NCBI GenBank assembly: GCA_963727525.1
Contig: CAVSGO010000003.1
Coordinates: 64,001-128,000 of the forward strand
Origin: an uncultured bacterium
GTDB taxonomy: Bacteria > Krumholzibacteriota > Krumholzibacteriia > LZORAL124-64-63
Direction: 5' to 3'
DNA length: 64,000 bases
Of the stretch, positions 19,317 to 29,358 are shown piece after piece. How positions within the stretch are numbered: the first letter of the stretch is position 1; each line of letters begins with the position of its first letter. Below the pieces are notes generated by a model. That model worked only from the letters and a program-made list of their open reading frames with translations, made no database searches and had not been told where the DNA came from. The translations under genes and the position numbers were made by a program.

Positions 19317-21317
19317 CTAGACCTCGATCTCGTCCCGCAGATCGAGATTGGCGAAGTCGTCGTCCTCCAGGGGGATGACGGTGCGCTCGGACTTCGGGAC
19401 CGGCTTGGCGGACGCCGAGGCGGGCCTGGCCCGAGTGAACGACCTCGCCGCCATCGCCTTGCTCGCAACCTTCGGTGGAGTGGCCACGAGGTACGTGCTC
19501 ATCCGCGCGTCGGTACCACCTACCATGGTCTCCAGGCGACGTACCATGCTGCTGAGTTCCTCGGCCTGGCTCGACAGCTCCTCGCTCGCGGAGGCTGATT
19601 CCTCGGCATTCGCGGCATTCGACTGCGTGATGTGATCGAGCTGGCCCACGGCCTCGTTGATCTGATCGATGCCTTGCGCCTGCTCGTTGCTGGCGGCGGA
19701 GATGCCCGCCACGAGGGCGTACACCTCGCCGGCGGCGGAGCCGATCTCCGCGAGCGCCTCACCCACCTCGCGCGTGATCACCACGCCGTTATCCGCGTTG
19801 TGCACCGACTCCTCGATCATCTCGGCGGTGTTCTTGGCGGCCTCGGCCGAGCGCTGTGCGAGGTTGCGCACCTCCTCGGCCACCACGGCGAAGCCCTTGC
19901 CGGCCTCGCCGGCGCGCGCGGCCTCGACGGCCGCGTTGAGCGCGAGCAGGTTGGTCTGGAACGCGATCTCGTCGATGGTCTTGATGATGCGCGCGGTGGA
20001 GTCGCTGGACTGCTTGATGTCGTCGATGGCCTGGTTCATGCGTGCCATCGAGGCCACGCCGCGATCGGCGCTCTCCTTGGTGCGGCTCGCCAGTTCGTTG
20101 GCTCGCTTCGCATTCTCGGCGTTCTGGCGGGTCATCGCGGCCATCTCCTCGACGCTGCTCGACGTTTCCTCGATGGCGGCCGCCTGGCGACTGGCGCCAT
20201 CGGCGAGGGAGACGCTCGCCGAGGATACCTGCGCCGCGGCACTGGCCGTCTGCTGCGAGCCGGCCGTGAGACCCTCGATGATGCGGCGCAGCGGCTTCGT
20301 GATCGACCGCGTGATGAGTATGGTCATCGCCAGGCCCAGCACGATGCACACGGCCAGGCCGATGAGCATGACGGTCGACGATGCCGCGAGTCGGTTCGCC
20401 GCCGATTCGGCGATGCGGTGGGTCCCCTCGATGCCGGCGGTGGCCGTGTTCTGAGCCTGGGTCAGCACCTCGTCGCCGGCCACGGTGCGCTGCTCCGACA
20501 CGGTCTGCAGCGCGAGCCAGTTGGCGAGCAAGTCGTTCATGCTCTTCTTGTACGTGTTCGCCGCCTGCTCGGTGGCGTCGATCCGGGCCTGGCCGGCACT
20601 CTGCTTCGTGAGTACGCGCAGAACGTCGAACCTGGTGGACATGGCGTCGAAATTCGGGTTGGCGTTGCGGATCAGCTCGGGATCGCGCGCGGCCTGACTC
20701 TTGAAGCAGGCGATGCGCGTGGCGTTGCCGATGTCGATGATCTCGTTGACGACGGTGATCTTCTGCAGTCGTTCCTGGAGGGTGACGGCGCCGGCGCCGC
20801 TGGTGATCTCGCTGTCCATCGATGCATTCTGGCTCGCCAGGAAATCGTTGCAATTCTGCATGTAGGCGGCCGCGGCCTCGTCGAGGGACTTGCGGTCGTC
20901 GGCGAGCTTGTTGGTGATCGCGGCCGTCTGGTCGACGAGGTCGCGATAGCTGTCGAGCGCCTTGCGCGTCGCGGCGACGGCCGGGCCCAGCTTCACGAGG
21001 TGCTCGGCTCGGTCCGAGAGTGCGCCGCACTGCTGCAGATAGTCGGTCACCTCGTCGAGGTGCTTCTGGCCTTTCTCGAGGTACTGGTGCTCCTCGCTCA
21101 GAGCGTAGCCGCGCATCTCGTACATGGTGAAGAAGGCGTTGCGTTCGACCTGGTTGCACAGGTCCACCTCGGGCACGTACTCCTTGGCGAGCGTCTGCGA
21201 GTCTCCCTTCACGCCGTTCATGTTGACGACACCGAGGGTGCCCAGGAACAGCGCGAGAACGAGCAGGGACGCGAAACCGAGGCTGATCTTCGTCCCGAGC
21301 TTCATCGAGCGGAACAT
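19317..21317 (-). CDS. Methyl-accepting chemotaxis protein
   Basis: Two TM helices, helical periplasmic sensor, IAFQTNLLALNAAVEAARAGEAGKGFAVVAEEVR. Confidence 0.95.
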   Translation of the reverse strand: MFRSMKLGTKISLGFASLLVLALFLGTLGVVNMNGVKGDSQTLAKEYVPEVDLCNQVERNAFFTMYEMRGYALSEEHQYLEKGQKHLDEVTDYLQQCGALSDRAEHLVKLGPAVAATRKALDSYRDLVDQTAAITNKLADDRKSLDEAAAAYMQNCNDFLASQNASMDSEITSGAGAVTLQERLQKITVVNEIIDIGNATRIACFKSQAARDPELIRNANPNFDAMSTRFDVLRVLTKQSAGQARIDATEQAANTYKKSMNDLLANWLALQTVSEQRTVAGDEVLTQAQNTATAGIEGTHRIAESAANRLAASSTVMLIGLAVCIVLGLAMTILITRSITKPLRRIIEGLTAGSQQTASAAAQVSSASVSLADGASRQAAAIEETSSSVEEMAAMTRQNAENAKRANELASRTKESADRGVASMARMNQAIDDIKQSSDSTARIIKTIDEIAFQTNLLALNAAVEAARAGEAGKGFAVVAEEVRNLAQRSAEAAKNTAEMIEESVHNADNGVVITREVGEALAEIGSAAGEVYALVAGISAASNEQAQGIDQINEAVGQLDHITQSNAANAEESASASEELSSQAEELSSMVRRLETMVGGTDARMSTYLVATPPKVASKAMAARSFTRARPASASAKPVPKSERTVIPLEDDDFANLDLRDEIEV

Positions 21318-21436
21318 TGTCGACGTCCTTCCTGCGGCTACGCCTTCGAGGCCGCCCTCATGATTGCTACGATTCCGCGGGACCTTTCACGGGACGCCAG
21401 GTGCGCAGCGCCCCCGTGTCCGCTTCGCAGGCCCAA

Positions 21437-21463
21437 GGATCGGTTTATGCTGATTTGGCTTTA
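21437..21463 (-). promoter_or_regulatory. sigma28 (FliA)-type promoter for the MCP
   Basis: TAAA-N15-ACCGATCC versus consensus TAAA-N15-GCCGATAA. Confidence 0.6.
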
Positions 21464-21540
21464 ACAATTAAGGGCACCACTTATTGTGTCGGAGATACGT
21501 CGGGTGATGGCGCGGTCAGTTATTTCTGTAACATGTTTTA

Positions 21541-23544
21541 TTATTTATAGTTATAAAGACCGAGAACCCGTTGCCGATCGGCCTCACGGTTCGTCTCGGC
21601 ATACAGATCGCTCGCCCTTCGCCACAGTTCCCGTGCCCGGGCGGTGTGGCCGAGGGCGGCCTCGTGGATGCCGAGATACTCGCAGGCATGGGCTTCGAGG
21701 ATCCTGTCAGGCTGGCGGGGAAACGCCGCGAGATGGTCAGCGAGGGCGGCGACACCCGTGGCATGGTCGGCCGTGTGCAGGCAGATCCAGGCCAGGTTGG
21801 TGCGCGCCGTCAGTATCCGGTCGATCCGATCGAGGTCGGGCCGACGTTGCGCGTCGGCGAAAGCGATGGCGCGCCGAAGAGCCGACTCGGCCGCATCGTA
21901 GTCGCCGTCGCGGCAAAGCCAGAGCGCGAGCTCGTCGCCGGCGGCGACCACGGCGATCGGGTCGTTCGTCGTCTTTGCCGTCGCTAGCGCGGTGCGTGCC
22001 TGCTGGGCCCTGGCGTCGACGCCCAGGTTGGCGCTGCTCACGCTGCGGTCGAGGCGATACACGATGTCCGACTCGTCAGTGTGGGCCACGGTGACGCCTG
22101 CCAGCCGTTCGAGGTGGCCGAGATCGAAGGCCGTGTCGGCGTACTCGCGTTCGATCGGGCCCACGACGATGAAATCGACACCGCGCGCAACGGCGTGCTG
22201 AAGGAAAGGCCGCGCGGCGAGGCGGCGCGCCGGGTACGGCCGCCAGTCGACTCCGGCATGAAACGCTGCGTGCGCCTTGCGCGCCATGACGACCGGCCGC
22301 GTCCCGCCGGGCCACTGCGCGTCGATGCGCTTGAGGAAGGCGATCGTGCCGCGCAGATGCAGGGGTTGCTGACTCCGGTAGAATCTCACCGCAGCGACGG
22401 ATTGCGGTAAGGCCGCTGCCACCAGCGCGGCCACGACGAACCACCCGGCCACATGACCGGCTCGAGCGCGCACGGCAAGCGCGCGCCGCAGCCACGCCGG
22501 TGCGTGCGGCGGTGCCTCGCCCACGAGCAACCACGCCGTGACCAGGGCCGTCACCGGCACGAAGGGCAGACCGAAGCGCGGCACGAAGAACACCAGTGCC
22601 AGGGCTGCGAGGTAGAGCAGGCCCCAGGACATGAGCGCGGCGATGCGCCACGCCGGTCGAACGACGAGCAGAATGACGATGGCCACGGCCGCCATGATGG
22701 CGGATGGCCAGGTGACGACGTGGTGAGCGATGAGAGCGAGGTGTCCGGGCAGGTTGCCCAGGTAGTGCAGGATGGCGCTCGCGGTGCCGCCGAGCCCGGC
22801 GTACTCGCGGGTGATGTTCGCACGATTCCGGGTCGCCAGAAGCGAGCCGGTCTGCACGAGGTTGAGCGCGAACCAGGGACCGGCGAGCACCAGGAAACCA
22901 GCGGCGATCGTTCCGACTTCGTGCGGCCGTCGCGCGCGCGAGGGCGCGCCCGGGCGCCACCACGCGACGCCGGCCACCCACACGGGCAGCACGGCGCCGA
23001 TGTACCGGGTGAGAAACGCCGCGCCGCTCAGCAGTCCTGCCAGGAGCCAGCGCCGCGCGCGCACGGGCTCACGGTCGAGCGTGGCGGCCAGCGTGGCGGT
23101 GACGAGGCCGAGGAAGAGGGCATCCGACGACGCCTTGTGCGCCTGGACGAACACGAGGTAGCAGCCGGCCACGAGCAGCGCCGCTGCGAGCGCCATGTGC
23201 GAGCCGCCGAACACGAACCCTAGCCGCCCCGTGGCCAGGAGGGCGAGCGCGGTGCCCAGCAGGCTCACCAGCACGGCGCAGCGGTACCAGCCCACGTCGA
23301 ACTGATGCAACGCTCCGTGCAACAGCGCGACCAGCGCCGGTTCGAGCGGGCCCTTGTACGGGTGGTTGGCCACCAACCACTCGCCCGCCGCGATGTGCTG
23401 CGCGGCTGGGCCCAGCTCGGCGAAGAAGTCCGCTTCGACGTCGAGGTCGCCGATCGGGAAGATCCGCAACGACACAACGAGACCGAGCGCCGCGTAGCCG
23501 AGCGCTATCACGATCAGGACGATCGCCGTGGCGCGGCTCGTCAT
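21541..23544 (-). CDS. GT-C fold (ArnT/PMT-like) membrane glycosyltransferase with TPR-like C-terminus
   Basis: Multiple TM helices, EADF and HPYKGPL early loop motifs, AFLTRY, C-terminal TPR-like helices. Confidence 0.65.
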   Translation of the reverse strand: MTSRATAIVLIVIALGYAALGLVVSLRIFPIGDLDVEADFFAELGPAAQHIAAGEWLVANHPYKGPLEPALVALLHGALHQFDVGWYRCAVLVSLLGTALALLATGRLGFVFGGSHMALAAALLVAGCYLVFVQAHKASSDALFLGLVTATLAATLDREPVRARRWLLAGLLSGAAFLTRYIGAVLPVWVAGVAWWRPGAPSRARRPHEVGTIAAGFLVLAGPWFALNLVQTGSLLATRNRANITREYAGLGGTASAILHYLGNLPGHLALIAHHVVTWPSAIMAAVAIVILLVVRPAWRIAALMSWGLLYLAALALVFFVPRFGLPFVPVTALVTAWLLVGEAPPHAPAWLRRALAVRARAGHVAGWFVVAALVAAALPQSVAAVRFYRSQQPLHLRGTIAFLKRIDAQWPGGTRPVVMARKAHAAFHAGVDWRPYPARRLAARPFLQHAVARGVDFIVVGPIEREYADTAFDLGHLERLAGVTVAHTDESDIVYRLDRSVSSANLGVDARAQQARTALATAKTTNDPIAVVAAGDELALWLCRDGDYDAAESALRRAIAFADAQRRPDLDRIDRILTARTNLAWICLHTADHATGVAALADHLAAFPRQPDRILEAHACEYLGIHEAALGHTARARELWRRASDLYAETNREADRQRVLGLYNYK

Positions 23545-23551
23545 GGCGAGA

Positions 23552-26296
23552 TCAGGCCCCTCCCTCGGGCGGCGACACCACCGTCACCTCGCCGACATTC
23601 AGGGCGCGCAGGTCGTCCTCGATCTTCGCGCGATCGCCCACGATGACGAACACGAGATCGTCGGGGCGGATGTACTGCGCGGCGAGGCGGCGCATGTCCT
23701 GCGCCGTGCAGGCGCGCACGCGCGCGTCGTAGGCCTGCCAGTCGTCGAGGGGGAGGCCGCTGGTGAGCAGGTTGCCCATCTGTCGGCAGATGCCCTGGTA
23801 GGTCTCGAAATTCTGCGGAAAGCCCATGACGAGCTGGTTCTCGCAGTCGGCCAGCTCGTCGCCTTGTAGCGGGCGCGGACCGCAGATGTCGGCGAACTCC
23901 TTGAGGATCTCGGTGATCGACGCGGCCGTCGACGGCGTCTGCACCTGGGTGGATACGCCGATGGCTCCACCGTCGTGGGACGTCATGACCATGGTGCGTG
24001 CGCCGTAGGTGTAGCCCTTGTCCTCGCGCAGATTCATGTTGATGCGCGAGGCGAACTGGCCGCCGAGGGCTGTGTTCAGCACCTCGAGCGGCAACTCGTC
24101 CGGGTCGCCGGCCGAAATGCCGGGATAGCCGCCCACGATCGCGCTCTGCTCGGCCCCCGGTCGATCGACCAGGAAGATGCGCGCGCTACGATCGGGACGA
24201 GGCGCGGGCACGGTAACCGGCGCCACGGTGCCACGGGCCCAGTCGCCGAAGACGCGCTCGGCCGCGGCCTTCGCCTCGGAGAGCGTGAGATCGCCCGTGA
24301 TGCACAGCGCGGCGTTGTTGGACACGAAGTGCGCGGCGTGGAACTGCGCGATGTCGTTGCGCGTGAGCGCGTTCAGTCCCTCGGGCGTGCCCGTGCCGCT
24401 CATGGGCTGCGCGTAAGGGTGGCCGGCGCCGAAGATCTTCTCCTGCAGCAGCGCCATGCCCACCGATGTGGGGCGCTGCGATGCCTGCTTGATGCGGCCG
24501 AGGGCGAGCTTGCGCTGGCGCGCGAACTCGTCGTCGGGGAAGACGGGCTCGCGTACCATCTCACCGATGAGTGCGAGACCGTCGTCGAGGTGGCTGCGCA
24601 GCAGGTCCGTGCTGACGAAGGTGCCGTCGAAGGTGCTGTGCGTGCGGATCTCGGCGCCGAGCGCGCGGGCCGCGTTCTCGAGACCGACCGCGTCGTGCTC
24701 ACGGGTGCCTTCGTCGAGGAGGTTGGCTGTCATGGCCGCGGTGCCCGGGCGGTCGGCGGGATCGGCGGCCCAGCCCGTGCGCACGGCGAGCGACACGCCC
24801 ACCAGCGGCAGACCCGTGCGGTGCACCAGGCATACCTGCAGGCCGTTGGCCAGCGTGGTGGTCTCGATCGCGGGCGGTGTGAAGGCGAGGGGTCCCCCAC
24901 TGCCCGGAAGCTGCGTGCGATCGGCCGCATCGTCCGGTGCTGCGAGCGTGCCCTGGGGCACCACGTCGATGACGACGCGGTCGTGCGGCGGGAGGTAACG
25001 GCGGGCGAAGTCGCGCACCGCGTCCGGGGTGACGCTGCGGTAGCGCGCCATGTCCTGTGCCAGGTCATCGGGCGTGCCGGCGAAGGTGGCGTACTCGTTG
25101 AGCAGATCGGCGATGCCACCGAAACCGCCCTCGCGCTGGAGGCGCCGCACGAACTGGGTCTCGTACGTGGCCTGTGCCAGCGCCACCTCGTCCTTCGTGA
25201 CACCCTTGTCGCGCACACGGTCCAGCTCGGCGTCGACGGCGGCCTCGATGGTGTCGAGGCTCACCCCCGGCCGTGCTGTCACCTGGATGGAGAACATGCC
25301 GCTCATCTCGTTCGACGACTGGTACGCGCGCACGTCCTGCGCCAGCTCGCGGTCGTGCACGAGCGTGCGGTACAGGCGCGAGTTCTTGCCGTCGGCGAGG
25401 ATGGTCGCGAGAAGATCCAGTTCGGCCTCGCCCGGCTGGAAGTAACCCGGGGAATGCCAGGTGAGAGAGAGGCGTGCCAGCTCCACCCTGTCCTCGGCCA
25501 CGGCGCGGCGCTCGCCATCGAGCCGGGGCTGCCAGTCTTCGAGGCGCTGCACAGGCTGGCCGGGCGGAATCGGTCCGAAGTACTTCTCGACGAGTGCGCG
25601 CGCCTGCGTGGGGTCGAAGTCGCCGGCGATGCATAGCGAGGCGTTGTTGGGCGCGTAGTAGAGGCGGAAGAAGTCCTTCACGTCGTCCAGCGACGCAGCC
25701 GACAGATCGTCCATGCTGCCGATCACGGTCCAGCGGTACGGGTGTCCCTCGGGATACATGAGTTGCTGGCGCAGCTCACGCACCACGGCATAGGGCCGGT
25801 TCTCGCCTTGCCGCTTCTCGTTCTTCACGACATCGCGCTGGTTGTCCAGACGCTCCTGCGTCATCGAGGGCAGGAGCCAGCCCATGCGGTCGGACTCGAG
25901 CCACAGCGCCAGCTCGAGCTGGTCGCTTGGCACGTTCTCCCAGTAGTTCGTGCGATCCTCGGTGGTGGAGCCGTTGACGCGACCGCCCACCTTCTGCAGC
26001 GGCAGGAAGTAGTCGGTGTCGTGATGCTCCGAGCCCTGGAACATCATGTGCTCGAAGAGATGCGCGAAGCCGGTACGCCCCGGCTTCTCGTTCTTCGAGC
26101 CGACGTGATACCACACGTTCACCGCCACGACGGGCAGGGTGTGGTCCTCGTGGAGGATCACGTTCAGTCCGTTGGGCAGGGTGAACGACGCGATCGCGAG
26201 TTCGGGGGCCTCGCCGCTCGTGGCGAACGCGGGCAGGGCGACGAGGCAGAACAGACCCAGGATCGACGCCGGGCGCCGCAATGACACGTGATTCAC
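23552..26296 (-). CDS. Secreted M16 (pitrilysin-like) zinc protease
   Basis: WYHVGSKNE, GFAHLFEHMMFQGS (HxxEH), LREDKGYTYG; AGGAGG RBS before GTG. Confidence 0.92.
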   Translation of the reverse strand: MNHVSLRRPASILGLFCLVALPAFATSGEAPELAIASFTLPNGLNVILHEDHTLPVVAVNVWYHVGSKNEKPGRTGFAHLFEHMMFQGSEHHDTDYFLPLQKVGGRVNGSTTEDRTNYWENVPSDQLELALWLESDRMGWLLPSMTQERLDNQRDVVKNEKRQGENRPYAVVRELRQQLMYPEGHPYRWTVIGSMDDLSAASLDDVKDFFRLYYAPNNASLCIAGDFDPTQARALVEKYFGPIPPGQPVQRLEDWQPRLDGERRAVAEDRVELARLSLTWHSPGYFQPGEAELDLLATILADGKNSRLYRTLVHDRELAQDVRAYQSSNEMSGMFSIQVTARPGVSLDTIEAAVDAELDRVRDKGVTKDEVALAQATYETQFVRRLQREGGFGGIADLLNEYATFAGTPDDLAQDMARYRSVTPDAVRDFARRYLPPHDRVVIDVVPQGTLAAPDDAADRTQLPGSGGPLAFTPPAIETTTLANGLQVCLVHRTGLPLVGVSLAVRTGWAADPADRPGTAAMTANLLDEGTREHDAVGLENAARALGAEIRTHSTFDGTFVSTDLLRSHLDDGLALIGEMVREPVFPDDEFARQRKLALGRIKQASQRPTSVGMALLQEKIFGAGHPYAQPMSGTGTPEGLNALTRNDIAQFHAAHFVSNNAALCITGDLTLSEAKAAAERVFGDWARGTVAPVTVPAPRPDRSARIFLVDRPGAEQSAIVGGYPGISAGDPDELPLEVLNTALGGQFASRINMNLREDKGYTYGARTMVMTSHDGGAIGVSTQVQTPSTAASITEILKEFADICGPRPLQGDELADCENQLVMGFPQNFETYQGICRQMGNLLTSGLPLDDWQAYDARVRACTAQDMRRLAAQYIRPDDLVFVIVGDRAKIEDDLRALNVGEVTVVSPPEGGA

Positions 26297-26409
26297 CGGG
26301 ATTCCTCCTGCTGGCATGGGCATGGGCGAGAGGGGTCGAGGATACGTCCCGGTGGGGGGTCGGTTCCACCGAAATACGGCCGTGGGTGGCGGTGCCCCCT
26401 GGTTGTTCC

Positions 26410-26430
26410 TATAATTCGCCAACTAACGAA
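26410..26430 (+). promoter_or_regulatory. ars promoter -10 box and probable ArsR operator
   Basis: TATAAT followed by TTCG-N8-CGAA just upstream of arsR. Confidence 0.45.
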
Positions 26431-26443
26431 ATGAGAGGTCGCC

Positions 26444-26797
26444 ATGCGTACGTTCGTGGATACCGCCCGGGCCCTGTCCGACCCCAGCCGCGTCCGCATT
26501 CTCTGCGCCCTGCGGGGCAAGGAGCTGTGTGTCTGCCAGATCGTCGATCTGCTTGGCCTGGCGATGTCGACGGTGTCGAAGCACATGGCGATCCTTCGCC
26601 AGGCCGACCTCGTGGAGTCGCGCAAGGACGGACGCTGGGTGTACTACCGTCGTACGCCGTCGCAGACCAGGAGCGTGGCTTCGAGCGCCATGGACTGGTG
26701 CGACGCGTCTCTGGCGGGAGACGCCCAGTTGCGGGACGACGCCGCCCGGTTGAAGCGGATCCTGAAGACCCCCGTCACGGAGCTGTGCCGAACATGA
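26444..26797 (+). CDS. arsR: ArsR/SmtB transcriptional repressor
   Basis: ALSDPSRVRIL, ELCVCQI, STVSKH, RKDGRWVYY. Confidence 0.9.
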   Translation: MRTFVDTARALSDPSRVRILCALRGKELCVCQIVDLLGLAMSTVSKHMAILRQADLVESRKDGRWVYYRRTPSQTRSVASSAMDWCDASLAGDAQLRDDAARLKRILKTPVTELCRT

Positions 26798-27252
26798 AGG
26801 ACAGGATCCGCGTGCTCTTTCTCTGCACGGGAAACTCGTGCCGCAGCCAGATGGCCGAGGGCTGGGCCCGTCATCTGTGGGGCCACGCGCTCGATCCCTC
26901 CTCGGCCGGTATCGCCACCCATGGCCTGAACCCCCGCGCCGTGGCCGCGATGGCGGAGGCCGGCGTGGACATCTCGCACCAGCATTCCAAGCATCTCGAC
27001 GAGCTGGCGGGCAAGGCGTTCGACGTCGTGATCACGGTCTGCGCCCACGCGCACGAGGCGTGTCCGGTGTTCCCGGGGCCCGCGCGCGTGATCCACGTGG
27101 GCTTCGATGATCCGCCCGCCCTGGCCGCAAACGCCGCGAGCGAGGTGGAGGCCATGGCGCCTTATCGCCGCGTGCGCGACGAGATCCGCGCCTTCGTGGA
27201 GACATTGCCCGAGGCCCTCGGCGTACCAGGAGGAGATTCCGATGGCGACTGA
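26794..27252 (+). CDS. arsC: Arsenate reductase, LMW-PTP/thioredoxin type
   Basis: [29 protein letters not shown]. Confidence 0.9.
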   Translation: MKDRIRVLFLCTGNSCRSQMAEGWARHLWGHALDPSSAGIATHGLNPRAVAAMAEAGVDISHQHSKHLDELAGKAFDVVITVCAHAHEACPVFPGPARVIHVGFDDPPALAANAASEVEAMAPYRRVRDEIRAFVETLPEALGVPGGDSDGD

Positions 27253-28455
27253 AGCGTGCGTGACGAAGCAACCGGGTGGACTCGGCTTCTTCGAGCGCTA
27301 CCTTACCGTGTGGGTGTTGCTCTGCATCGCCGGCGGCATCGCGCTCGGCAAGGTCGCGCCCGGACTGGCGCGCAGCCTCGACGGCATGGCCGTGGTCGTG
27401 GACGGCGCCCCGGTGGTCTCCATTCCCATCGCCGTCTGCCTCTTCTTCATGATGTACCCGATCATGGTGAAGATCGATTTCGGCGAGGTGCTCTCGGCCG
27501 GGCGCGCCGTGAAGCCCGTGGCGCTGACCCTCGTCGTCAACTGGGCGATCAAGCCCTTCACGATGTTCGCCATCGCGCCTTCTTCCTCGGCGTGGTGTTC
27601 CGCGGCTTCATCGGCCCCGATGCCATCGACCTGGTGAAGTTGCCGCTCGGACTCGATCTCCCGGTGGGTGCGACCTACGGATCGGGCACGGTGGTGCTCC
27701 ACGACGGGCTCCGGATGCTCTCGGTGCCTCTCTGGCGGAGCTATCTGGCCGGCTGCATCCTGCTGGGCATCGCCCCGTGCACCGCCATGGTGCTCGTATG
27801 GGGTTACCTCGCGCGCGGCAACGACGGCCACACGCTGGTGATGGTCGCCATCAACTCGCTCACGATGCTCGTGCTCTACGGCGTGCTGGGCGGATTCCTG
27901 CTGGGCGTGGGGCGGCTTCCGGTGCCGTGGCAGGCGCTGGTCCTGTCGATCGCCGTGTACGTGGCGCTGCCGCTGGTCGCCGGGTACCTGTCGCGCCGCG
28001 CGATCGTCGCCACCAGGGGTGAGGCCTGGTTCCAGGCACGCTTCCTTCCCCTGCTCACGCCGGTGACCATCGTGGCCCTGCTGATCACGCTGGTGCTGCT
28101 GTTCTCCTTCAAGGGAGAGGTCATTCTGAGCAATCCGCTGACGATCGTGTGGATCGCCATTCCGCTGTTCCTCCAGACCATACTCATCTTCGCCCTCACC
28201 TACGCCGCGGCGCGCTGGCTCGGCCTCGAGTACCGCGATGCGGCCCCTTCGGCGATGATCGGCGCGTCGAACCACTTCGAGGTGGCGATCGCCACCGCGG
28301 TGATGCTCTTCGGCCTGTCGTCGGGCGCGGCGCTGGCCACGGTGGTCGGGGTGCTCATCGAGGTGCCGGTGATGCTGATGCTCGTGAGCATCTGCAAGCG
28401 GACGGCAGGGTGGTTCCCGGTCGCTGGCGACGGTGCGGTCCGTAGCGGGCGCTGA
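27242..28455 (+). pseudogene. acr3: ACR3 arsenite efflux transporter with a single-base frameshift near 27575
   Basis: [21 protein letters not shown] in one frame; [27 protein letters not shown] in the next. Could be an assembly error. Confidence 0.8.
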
Positions 28456-28662
28456 CGTCGGAGTCGCCGATGTCGGCAGCGGCGGCCGGGAAGGCGTCCT
28501 TTGTTGCCGGAACCAATCTGGCCGCCGGCCAGTAAGACGGGATCCGGGCCAACGGACGGCAAGAAAGCAGTCTGTCCGAAGCCTGCCCCGCAGGCCGAAG
28601 ACCAAAATATCCGTATCTTGACGACCTCCGAAAGGCCCACCCGGCCACCTGCGATTGGAGCC

Positions 28663-29286
28663 ATGATGCGCATCGTCCTCACCATCCTCGCGGCCACCGT
28701 GCTGGTGGCCACCCTCGGCCAAGGAGCCCCTGCCATGAGCGAGACCACGCCCCAGCTGGAGACCGCCGTGCTTGGTGGAGGCTGTTTCTGGTGCATGGAG
28801 GCGGTCTTCGAGGAACTGAAGGGGGTGACCAAGGTTGTCGACGGTTACGCCGGCGGCACCGTGGCGGACCCGAGCTACAAGCAGGTGTGCACGGGCGACA
28901 CCGGGCACGCCGAGGCAGTGAAGGTGACGTTCGATCCCTCAGTGATCTCGTACGGCGAGTTGCTCACCGTGTTCTTCTCGGTGCACGACCCCACGTCGCT
29001 CAACCGCCAGGGGGCCGACGAGGGGACGCAGTATCGTTCGGTGATCTTCACGCAGAACGACGCGCAGAGGAAGACCGCCGAGGAGATCATCAAGGAACTG
29101 ACGGAAAAGAAGGTCTACGACAGGCCCATCGTCACCCAGGTGGTACCGCTGCCGGCGTTCTATCCCGCGGAGGACTACCACCAGGACTACTTCGCGAAGA
29201 ATCCCGACCAGGCTTACTGCCAGGTGGTCATCTCGCCGAAGGTACGCAAGTTTCGGCAGGAGTATCACGATCGCCTGAAGAAGTAG
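28663..29286 (+). CDS. msrA: Peptide methionine sulfoxide reductase A with signal peptide
   Basis: GGGCFWC, GYAGG, GHAEAV, HDPT, QYRS, AEDYHQDY. Confidence 0.95.
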   Translation: MMRIVLTILAATVLVATLGQGAPAMSETTPQLETAVLGGGCFWCMEAVFEELKGVTKVVDGYAGGTVADPSYKQVCTGDTGHAEAVKVTFDPSVISYGELLTVFFSVHDPTSLNRQGADEGTQYRSVIFTQNDAQRKTAEEIIKELTEKKVYDRPIVTQVVPLPAFYPAEDYHQDYFAKNPDQAYCQVVISPKVRKFRQEYHDRLKK

Positions 29287-29308
29287 TCCGCGCGTCGCCC
29301 ATAGACTT

Positions 29309-29340
29309 CACCGGCCGCACCCCGAAAGGTGCGGCCGGTG
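29309..29340. terminator. Hairpin between convergent genes
   Basis: 13-bp stem CACCGGCCGCACC/GGTGCGGCCGGTG. Confidence 0.6.
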
Positions 29341-29358
29341 TGCGTCGGTGACGAGGAG

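Noticed and set aside
21330-21435. c-di-GMP riboswitch in the MCP leader
   Set aside because: I could not match the GEMM core by eye; an Rfam scan would be needed.
21520-21560. Recurring AT-rich YAA-N4-TTR motifs (also ~15430, ~42567, ~47635) as a novel element
   Set aside because: They fit degenerate IHF-type sites and general intergenic AT-richness.
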